Both the position numbers and the translations under genes were made by a program. Below, one piece after another: positions 9,300 to 15,876 of a stretch of 32,000 nucleotides of DNA. The notes below the pieces were generated by a model. The model had not been told where the DNA came from. It did not search any database and was given only the letters and a program-made list of their open reading frames with translations. The stretch comes from Patescibacteria group bacterium (GTDB lineage Bacteria > Patescibacteriota > Patescibacteriia > 2-01-FULL-39-33). Location of the stretch: positions 30,001 through 62,000 of the forward strand of contig JBAZRV010000001.1 in NCBI GenBank assembly GCA_041662745.1. The letters run 5' to 3'. Each line of letters opens with the position of its first letter. The first letter of the stretch is position 1.

Positions 9300-9460
9300 A
9301 AAAAACACCAACTTGGCTGACCGGAGCCCTCGCGGGCGGTACCATCTCGGTGTTTGACTTGATTTCAGCTGTTACGGGCTGACCGGCCGATTTTACTTTC
9401 CGTTACAAACGGGTTTCTTTCGGCAGCTCCAATGGTGATAACCACTGTCGGGCGCTGTTA
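9300..9460 (-). promoter_or_regulatory. T-box-like leader of ileS
   Basis: Minus strand contains CACCGAGATGGTACCGCCCGCGAGGGCTCCGGT (T-box core TGGTACCGC; UGGU complements an ACCA tRNA end); candidate Ile specifier ATC at 9437-9439 in the hairpin CAGTGG-TTATCA-CCATTG; ends in GGTG TTTTTT. Confidence 0.75.
9306..9352 (-). terminator. candidate T-box attenuator/terminator of ileS
   Basis: Minus strand CACCGAgaTGG ... CCaaGTTGGTG followed by TTTTTTATTTT; the hairpin would sequester the UGG of the T-box. Confidence 0.55.
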
Positions 9461-9492
9461 TTGATTGTTTAACTTGCTTATACGATATTTTC

Positions 9493-9521
9493 AATATAAC
9501 AAAAATCAAATAAAAAGTCAA
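9493..9521 (-). promoter_or_regulatory. sigma70-type promoter for ileS
   Basis: Minus strand TTGACT - 17 nt - TATATT. Confidence 0.65.
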
Positions 9522-9529
9522 AAATAAAA

Positions 9530-9555
9530 GTCGCCACTGCCGATGGCCTGGCGAC
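9530..9555 (-). terminator. intrinsic terminator downstream of the 9581-10123 gene
   Basis: Minus strand GTCGCCA-GGCCATCGGCAG-TGGCGAC-TTTTATTTTT. Confidence 0.75.
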
Positions 9556-9580
9556 TGAACTTACTCGGACTGAAATTATA

Positions 9581-10123
9581 TTACTTACGTGTCTGCGTAT
9601 CAGCATTAACCCGTAATTCGGCGTTGCGGGTCATAACCGAACCGGTGTCGTTGTCCACATAACAAAAATAATAGTCGTCATCTTCAAGGCTGATTTGCGG
9701 CCAGCTAAGGGTTGGAGATTGCGCCGTGGGATTATCAACCGGCAGATAAATCTTGCACAACGGGCAATGATTGCGTCGGCACCATTGATAGCGCAGGTTA
9801 TTGCCCACGGCCACCACGGTCAAAGACACCGCCTGTCCTTCATTGACAGTGAGATCATCGGGTTGGCGGATGATCATCGGCGGCATTTCCATCTCACCCC
9901 CCCCTGCGACGCCGCAACAAAAGCCGTCTTCAGTGCCGACTTCAGGGCAGGCATGATAAGCGCCGCTATTATAAAATTGGATCACCCGCAATAATTCCGC
10001 AAGCGAGATTATGCCGTCCCGATCAACATCGGCGTCATGAAAATTATTTATCTCCGCCACTATTGGAAACAAACCGACGGCTAAGATAAAAACCAAGATC
10101 AGCAACAAGGCCCTGCATCTCAT
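9581..10123 (-). CDS. secreted protein with EF-hand/dockerin-like segment and Ig-like domain
   Basis: Signal peptide MRCRALLLILVFILAVGLFPIVA, NFHDADVDRDGIISLAELLRVIQFYNSG (DxDxDG EF-hand loop), PDDLTVNEGQAVSLTVVAVGNNLRYQWCRR...DDDYYFCYVDN (Ig); SD AAGGAGGA upstream. Confidence 0.8.
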   Translation of the reverse strand: MRCRALLLILVFILAVGLFPIVAEINNFHDADVDRDGIISLAELLRVIQFYNSGAYHACPEVGTEDGFCCGVAGGGEMEMPPMIIRQPDDLTVNEGQAVSLTVVAVGNNLRYQWCRRNHCPLCKIYLPVDNPTAQSPTLSWPQISLEDDDYYFCYVDNDTGSVMTRNAELRVNADTQTRK

Positions 10124-10161
10124 CTTATGTTTTCCTCCTTCTTGTTTTCAACCGTTTGAAT

Positions 10162-10488
10162 TCATTCAGGTTTAAATTGTTGGTTAAACCGATCAAAATT
10201 AGGATAGTAGGCGTCAAATAAAACCCTTTGACCGCAAATCTGAGCAACATGACCGCACCAAATTCTTTCAGGAATTTGCTCCAAATATTTCGCCATTAAT
10301 TTACGCAAAAGCATTTTATCGGCCGTACTGGGCTGGAAACGCACCGGATTTGATCCTTTGAATCCATAATAACGGTAATACTCAATCTCTTCCCGCACAT
10401 AATCTTCCAAAAAAAGCAGAGCTGACTTAAACATTATCTGAATCATTTCTTCGGCGGATACCTGTTTAAAGCCCAAACTATGTGCCAT
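10162..10488 (-). CDS. hypothetical protein
   Basis: Internal start MAHSLGFKQVSAEEMIQ preceded by the SD-like AAGGAGAACGGCAATG. Confidence 0.6.
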   Translation of the reverse strand: MAHSLGFKQVSAEEMIQIMFKSALLFLEDYVREEIEYYRYYGFKGSNPVRFQPSTADKMLLRKLMAKYLEQIPERIWCGHVAQICGQRVLFDAYYPNFDRFNQQFKPE

Positions 10489-10676
10489 TGCCGTTCTCCT
10501 TATCCTATTGCAAAAGAACTCTGAATTCATTTGAATACGCTATCATATCAATAGTTAATTGTCAATTAAAGGATTGCTCGTCCGGCAGGGCTTATGGGGC
10601 GATTTTGGAAAAATTAAGTGACGAGGATTAGAACTATTTAAAAAGTTCTTGATTCGTATAAACTGTGAATAACTAT

Positions 10677-10705
10677 TTGACGTTTTTACCGGCATTTGTT
10701 AATAT
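10677..10705 (+). promoter_or_regulatory. sigma70-type promoter for the 10737 cassette
   Basis: TTGACG - 17 nt - TAATAT, about 30 nt before the ATG at 10737. Confidence 0.65.
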
Positions 10706-10736
10706 GCGTATATAAGACACAAACTAAAAATTATTT

Positions 10737-11414
10737 ATGAATTTGGGCAATAGCAAATACCAAAATCAATATCTGCATGCTGACGCCGCAGTCTTTACGG
10801 TCGAAGACCGTAAGGTCAAGTTGCTTTTGGTGCGCCGTTCCCGCAAACCCTACATTGGACAGTGGTCGCTGCCGGGTGGAGGAATTTACCGCACAGAATC
10901 AGCTAAACAGGCGATAAAAAGGGAATTGGCATACAAGACTGGATTGAAAAATCTCTATCTGGAAGAATTCGGCGTCTTTAGTGAGCCGAAACGCGATCCA
11001 CGCGGCCGCATCATCTCAATCGCCTTTCTCGCCTTACTAGATAAGAACAAAGTGTCGCTATTGCAGAAAACACCCAAAACCATGGGCGCGAAGTGGTTCG
11101 ACATAAAAAAGTTGCCGCCTATAAAATGGGACCACAAAAAAATCACCAACTTGGCTATTGCAAAGCTGCGCAAGCGACTTTTGGAATCCAACATTGCTTG
11201 CCGGCTGTTGCCGAGATACTTCACGCTGCCAGAATTGCATAAGACTTATGAAATCATCCTTGGTAAACAACTCGATCGTCGCAATTTCCGCAAGAAATTC
11301 CTCAAGCTGGGCTTGATTATCAAGACAGAAAACAAGGAACGCGGCAGTAGGAACCGTCCGGCCGCCTATTACAAGTTCAAGACCGAACAGCATCAGGATA
11401 TTTCCATCTTTTAA
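10737..11414 (+). CDS. Nudix-domain protein with C-terminal winged-helix-like region (NrtR-like), degenerate Nudix box
   Basis: YLHADAAVFTVEDRKVKLLLVRRSRKPYIGQWSLPGGGIYRTESAKQAIKRELAYKTGL; Nudix-like GX5E...REL, but AYKTGL replaces the xEExG part; basic C-terminal segment. Confidence 0.82.
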   Translation: MNLGNSKYQNQYLHADAAVFTVEDRKVKLLLVRRSRKPYIGQWSLPGGGIYRTESAKQAIKRELAYKTGLKNLYLEEFGVFSEPKRDPRGRIISIAFLALLDKNKVSLLQKTPKTMGAKWFDIKKLPPIKWDHKKITNLAIAKLRKRLLESNIACRLLPRYFTLPELHKTYEIILGKQLDRRNFRKKFLKLGLIIKTENKERGSRNRPAAYYKFKTEQHQDISIF

Positions 11415-11503
11415 ACCTTCAACGCTTATTGAGACTATGACCCACGAGTGCATCATTTGGCAACTTAGTTTGAGTATATTTTACACAAAAAATAATCATC
11501 ATT

Positions 11504-12682
11504 ATGCCCAGTTTCCATCTCTGCAATAACAACGTCTGCACCCGGCTCTATCTTTTCGGCCAGGATTTAAAAAGCCTACTGTTGCAAAACTGCTGGCAGG
11601 AATTGCCTCTGAACCAAGCCGACCTTATTTTCGTCAATTCATGTTCTTTCCTAACAAAGACCGAAAATTTTTTTCTGGCTAAGATTGAAAAATTAGACAA
11701 ATCCAAAACCGCCAACCAGAAAATCATCGTCTTTGGCTGCTTGCCGCATACTTCTCTCGAAAAATTAAGAATGGTCTTCTCCGGCGAAATCATGCCGGCC
11801 AGGGACCTGGCGCAAGCAGCCGACCTGCTTGGTTTAAAATCAATAAACAGTAATATTGGCTATTCGATTCCGCGCCAATTGCGAACTTTAGATCGTTTCA
11901 ATTATTTCATCAATAAATACCTGATTCGCAATGCCTATTTGGGCTATCTGTCCGGCGAACCGGCCTATTACCTCAATATCGCCCGAGGCTGCCTCGGCAA
12001 ATGCACATATTGCTCAGAAAAAACAGCTCGCGGACCCCTTTCCAGTTGGCCGATTGCCGATATCGCCGCCTCTTTCCGAACCGGCTTGAAGCAAGGCTAT
12101 AGGATATTCTCCCTTAATGCCGATGATGTCGGCGTTTTCGGCTGGGATCGGAAGGAAAACATCGCCGGATTGCTCAATGAACTGCTATCAGCTGACGGTG
12201 ATTTTAAAATTATCCTGACAGAATTCAATCCCTGGGGTTTGATCAAGCATCAGCAAGAACTACTGTCGCTTCTGGCTTCAAAAAAAATAGCTCATATTAC
12301 CATTCCCCTCCAATCCGGCTCGGATAAAATCCTCAAGCTGATGAGGCGACCTTATTCCATTCTGACAGTCATGGACATTATAAGACTTATTAGAAATAAT
12401 AATCCAAACATCATCATCAATACCCATCTGATCGCCGGTTTTCCGGGAGAAACCGAAGAGGATTTCAGACTGACACTTGATCTCGTCAAGTCTGGCCTGT
12501 TTGACAAGGTCAAAGTCTTTCCCTATTCCGATCGACCGCAAGTGCCGAGCTACGACTTGCCGTATAAAATTCCGCCTCGAATAATGGCTGAACGCTCCCG
12601 ACGGCTGAGATATGAAACCTTCAGGCAGGCGCTACTGAAGCTAAACCTTAGAAATATATTGCTCAATCTGCAAAAAATTTAA
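11504..12682 (+). CDS. radical SAM protein of the methylthiotransferase (MiaB/RimO-like) type, no TRAM domain evident
   Basis: N-terminal cysteines (HLCNNNVC, VNSCSFLTKTE, FGCLP) and radical SAM motif ARGCLGKCTYCSEKTARG, IPLQSGSDKILKLMRR, LIAGFPGETEEDF. Confidence 0.88.
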   Translation: MPSFHLCNNNVCTRLYLFGQDLKSLLLQNCWQELPLNQADLIFVNSCSFLTKTENFFLAKIEKLDKSKTANQKIIVFGCLPHTSLEKLRMVFSGEIMPARDLAQAADLLGLKSINSNIGYSIPRQLRTLDRFNYFINKYLIRNAYLGYLSGEPAYYLNIARGCLGKCTYCSEKTARGPLSSWPIADIAASFRTGLKQGYRIFSLNADDVGVFGWDRKENIAGLLNELLSADGDFKIILTEFNPWGLIKHQQELLSLLASKKIAHITIPLQSGSDKILKLMRRPYSILTVMDIIRLIRNNNPNIIINTHLIAGFPGETEEDFRLTLDLVKSGLFDKVKVFPYSDRPQVPSYDLPYKIPPRIMAERSRRLRYETFRQALLKLNLRNILLNLQKI

Positions 12683-12685
12683 TTT

Positions 12686-13258
12686 ATGACCATTCTAATC
12701 TGTGGACAATCAGGCACAGGAAAAACGACGCTGGCCAAAATTATGGCAGATAAGCTTAATGCTGTCTGTATTTCGACTGACAGCATTAAGTTGTTTGCGC
12801 GTGCCAGCGGCTACGGCAATGCCTTTACCTATACCGACAGCCACGGCGCCTGGTCTAAGTTTGGTCGGAAGAATCGCCAGAATATCATCCGCGGCTTCAA
12901 AGCTCACAATCGCGTGCTCGAACAGCTCATTACAGACATCATCAAAGAAGCCGACGGTATTTCCCAACACTTAATCGTCGAAGGCGTTCAAATTACGCCT
13001 AAAATGTTAAAAGAGTTGCCAGGTGAAAAAATGGCTATCTATCTAGATTTACCGTGCAAAAAAACTCACTTCAAAATTTTCGACTATAAGAATTCGAGAC
13101 GCAAAATCGCCAACACTTTGTGGCGCGCCAATTACGATGCTATCCGACTGATTAATGACTATACTAAGGATGCCTACCGCCGAGCCGGATTCAGCATTAT
13201 TAGGTCAGCTCCAGCCGAGCTTGTGGCCGATCGGTTGCTAACAAAAATCCGCATATGA
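12686..13258 (+). CDS. P-loop kinase-like NTPase (zeta-toxin / small-molecule kinase type)
   Basis: Walker A GQSGTGKTTLAK; HLIVEGVQITPKML resembling the IEGVHxxP of 2-phosphoglycerate-kinase-like proteins. Confidence 0.8.
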   Translation: MTILICGQSGTGKTTLAKIMADKLNAVCISTDSIKLFARASGYGNAFTYTDSHGAWSKFGRKNRQNIIRGFKAHNRVLEQLITDIIKEADGISQHLIVEGVQITPKMLKELPGEKMAIYLDLPCKKTHFKIFDYKNSRRKIANTLWRANYDAIRLINDYTKDAYRRAGFSIIRSAPAELVADRLLTKIRI

Positions 13259-14118
13259 ACGACTACCGAGATTGCGATTATTTCATTGATGACTTGGGCG
13301 ACATTCATATTGTGCGCGGCTACTTGCATCCAGTCAACTTAGTGCGGACCAAGCTGATATACAAAAAAACTTCCGCAGGCGATCGCAGCCGCCGCAACGG
13401 AGATTGCTACGAAAAAAATCAGATCGACCAAATTATCTATCTCCCGGCCAGCCGTATAAAAGAGTATTTCCGGCCATTAAATAATCCCATAAAGACGAGT
13501 TTGGAGGGTCTCTGGCTGGACATGTATAACGAGCTGAATAATTACGTCGCTGCAGACGACATTGGAATTTTCGGCTCCAGCCTATTGGATTTTCCAGTCA
13601 CCCGCGATGTCGACTTTATTATTTATGGCTTGGACAATTGCCGACGGATAAAAAGCAATATAGAAACGATCAAAATGGCGATGGCAGTGCCGGGAATCTC
13701 AACCAATCACATCAATTATCAATCGCAAAAATTTTCGGCATCGCATGAACCGGGCAATAACACCCTAGCCAAGACTTTAGCCAACAAGTGGTGCACGGTG
13801 CAAATCGCGCCGGGAGTTTCCAACACGTTGATGTTCGGCTACAAGGCGGAAGAAATCGGCGACTGGCTAAATGCCGATGACCGGCCGGGGAAAGACATTG
13901 TTGTGGAGGGTGAGGTCCTAGATGATATCCGCACCAACTTCAGCCCGAGGATTTTCAACGTACGGGATCGCCGTGGTATAATTTTTACAGTAAAAACATA
14001 TTATTGGGCTTATCATGCCTGTGTGCGCATCGGCGACATAGTTACGATTGCGGGCAGATTAGTCGACCGCAACATAATTCTATTGAATAATTTCAATCAC
14101 GGCATCGCAATTAGATAA
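13255..14118 (+). CDS. pol-beta-superfamily nucleotidyltransferase-like protein with C-terminal OB-like region
   Basis: DDIGIFGSSLLDFPVTRDVDFIIYG matches the GS...DxD nucleotidyltransferase signature; C-terminal ACVRIGDIVTIAGRLVDRNIILL; ATGA overlap with the preceding gene. Confidence 0.75.
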   Translation: MNDYRDCDYFIDDLGDIHIVRGYLHPVNLVRTKLIYKKTSAGDRSRRNGDCYEKNQIDQIIYLPASRIKEYFRPLNNPIKTSLEGLWLDMYNELNNYVAADDIGIFGSSLLDFPVTRDVDFIIYGLDNCRRIKSNIETIKMAMAVPGISTNHINYQSQKFSASHEPGNNTLAKTLANKWCTVQIAPGVSNTLMFGYKAEEIGDWLNADDRPGKDIVVEGEVLDDIRTNFSPRIFNVRDRRGIIFTVKTYYWAYHACVRIGDIVTIAGRLVDRNIILLNNFNHGIAIR

Positions 14119-14161
14119 CAAGCTTGGTTATATAATATCCGGTTTATTTCCAGCTTATTCC

Positions 14162-14264
14162 AAAACCCTCCTCGTCCCGCCTGCCTGCCGGTAGGCAGGT
14201 CCGCCCTAACCATAAATCAACAAAAAAGACCTAAATTCATAGGTCTTTTTATGTTACTTCATTA
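14162..14264 (+). repeat. direct repeat copy 1 (GC-rich palindrome + terminator-like hairpin)
   Basis: AAAACCCTCCTCGTCCCGCCTGCCTGCCGGTAGGCAGGTCCG...CAACAAAAAAGACCTAAATTCATAGGTCTTTTTATGTTACTTCATTA, near-identical to 15061-15168. Confidence 0.9.
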
Positions 14265-14337
14265 AGTGAAGGATAATAGACGATATTAGAACTTGTTTAG
14301 TCAAAATTGATAAAAATTATTTCGTCCCAAATTTAAG

Positions 14338-14366
14338 TTGACAAAAATAACTAGTTGCGATAACAT
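14338..14366 (+). promoter_or_regulatory. sigma70-type promoter for the 14424 gene
   Basis: TTGACA - 17 nt - TAACAT. Confidence 0.65.
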
Positions 14367-14423
14367 ATCGTCAATAAACAAAAAATGCACATTAAAATAT
14401 AAACAACCAAAAAGGAGAAAGAA

Positions 14424-14993
14424 ATGCCATTGTTTAATATTGATCGCCCTAAGGCAGAAAGAATTAAATCAAGGTTGGTTGCCATACTACCAACCAAGAA
14501 GCAGAAAAGAGAAATATTCCTAGCCACCGCCAGAAGAGTGGTCGGTCGAAAAGTAATCGAATGGAATTCTTGTTGTGGCACCTACGGCCAGGGCGGGCCG
14601 GGATTCTTGGGTTTTAAGCTTGAAAAAAATTTCAGATACCACGAAGAATGGTTGATCTTAAGAATTTGGGGTGCGGATAATTGGTTGCTGGTCAACGGTC
14701 TATGGTTTGCGGCCGATCCCGATCAATATGATATTCAAGTCCCGCTTTATTCAAATTATTATGAAAAAGAATGGGATAATTTTTCCGAACTAATTATAAG
14801 CGAAAGAATAGAGACATTCGAGATTGCTGAAAAAACTATGACAATTACCATTGGATCTACTGTTATTTCGCTTGGCGATAATCCGGAAGAGCGGCCCAGA
14901 TATGCCGGTAACGGCGATCAACGCAAACTCGATGAAGCTGATGACCTACGAGAGGCCTGGATACTTTCTCCTTATGCCTGGGTTGAAATATAA
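14424..14993 (+). CDS. hypothetical protein (189 aa)
   Basis: ORF with SD AAAAAGGAGAAAG upstream, promoter at 14338 and terminator at 15023. Confidence 0.75.
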   Translation: MPLFNIDRPKAERIKSRLVAILPTKKQKREIFLATARRVVGRKVIEWNSCCGTYGQGGPGFLGFKLEKNFRYHEEWLILRIWGADNWLLVNGLWFAADPDQYDIQVPLYSNYYEKEWDNFSELIISERIETFEIAEKTMTITIGSTVISLGDNPEERPRYAGNGDQRKLDEADDLREAWILSPYAWVEI

Positions 14994-15022
14994 TTGTTAC
15001 ACTAAGAGACACATTAACCAAT

Positions 15023-15056
15023 GCCGAGGACAAGGATGTCCCCGGCGTTTTCATTT
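15023..15056 (+). terminator. intrinsic terminator of the 14424-14993 gene
   Basis: GCCG-A-GGACA-AGGA-TGTCC-C-CGGC followed by GTTTTCATTTTT. Confidence 0.7.
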
Positions 15057-15060
15057 TTCT

Positions 15061-15168
15061 AAAATCCTCCTCGTCCCGCCTGCCTGCCGGTAGGTAGGCA
15101 GGTCTGGGCTAACCGCAAACCAACAAAAAAAGACCTAAATTCATAGGTCTTTTTATATTATTTCATTA
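15061..15168 (+). repeat. direct repeat copy 2
   Basis: AAAATCCTCCTCGTCCCGCCTGCCTGCCGGTAGGTAGGCAGGTCTG...CAACAAAAAAAGACCTAAATTCATAGGTCTTTTTATATTATTTCATTA. Confidence 0.9.
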
Positions 15169-15189
15169 GGCGGGCAACCTTATATTGGA

Positions 15190-15387
15190 TTACTCTCCCC
15201 AGGAAATCGCCTGTGTTGGACAAGCACCGATAGCCTCGTCAATCTTGGCTTTTTCCGCTTCATAATCCGCCTCCAAAACTGTGGCAATCATCCTGCCGTT
15301 TGCTTCGGCCACCTTAAAAACTGCCGGGCAAATAGCCTCGCAAGTGCCGCAAGCGATGCACGCTTCGCTGACTGATGGTTTTGACAT
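15190..15387 (-). CDS. small 4Fe-4S ferredoxin
   Basis: EACIACGTCEAICPAVFKV ... AIGACPTQAISW. Confidence 0.9.
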   Translation of the reverse strand: MSKPSVSEACIACGTCEAICPAVFKVAEANGRMIATVLEADYEAEKAKIDEAIGACPTQAISWGE

Positions 15388-15401
15388 AGTAATTTTATTA
15401 T

Positions 15402-15782
15402 TTATTTTTTGATAAGCTCTTTGACTTTTTGCGACAAAGTTCCGGGAGTAAAATCTGATTTGACCAGATAGCCGTTGACTTTCAACCCGGCCGCGCGGTC
15501 CTTATCCTTCTTTTGGGTCAAGTTGCTCCAAATATAAACTTTGAGTTTTGATAATTCGCTGTCTTTTTTGATTTGGTCAAACAAAGTCCAGCCGTCCAAT
15601 TCCGGCATCATGATATCCAACAGCACCAAGTCCGGCTTAAGTCGTTTTAACTCTTCCAAAGCTTTGGTGCTGTCGCCGATGATCGTCGCGTCAATGCCTT
15701 CCATTTGCATTTTCAAATGGTAAATTTCAGCCAAATCCGGCTCATCTTCAATCAAGGCGACTTTGTATTTTAATTCCGGCAT
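15402..15782 (-). CDS. stand-alone CheY-like response regulator receiver domain
   Basis: YKVALIEDEPDLAEIYHLKM ... PDLVLLDIMMPELDGWTL ... LKVYIWSNL ... GYLVKSDFTPG. Confidence 0.92.
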   Translation of the reverse strand: MPELKYKVALIEDEPDLAEIYHLKMQMEGIDATIIGDSTKALEELKRLKPDLVLLDIMMPELDGWTLFDQIKKDSELSKLKVYIWSNLTQKKDKDRAAGLKVNGYLVKSDFTPGTLSQKVKELIKK

Positions 15783-15876
15783 ATTATTAATTCCAATTTC
15801 TAAAAATTATTAATTAGCCCTTTAATTATTCCTGTTCCCTGCCCCCAATCCTCAATATTTTGACTTTATTATTATA

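Noticed and set aside
12702-12974. Overlapping ORFs on both strands inside the P-loop kinase gene
   Set aside because: Alternative frames of a gene with a clear Walker A motif and good coding evidence.
10719-14118. Possible defence system or toxin-antitoxin reading of the plus-strand cassette (zeta-like kinase plus MNT-type nucleotidyltransferase)
   Set aside because: The nucleotidyltransferase is 287 aa with extra domains, not a small MNT. There is no HEPN partner or antitoxin-sized gene, and the radical SAM and Nudix genes fit metabolism or modification better. Not excluded experimentally.
14338-14581. Small ORFs on both strands around the 14424 gene start
   Set aside because: They overlap the promoter and the supported CDS; no independent ribosome-binding site.
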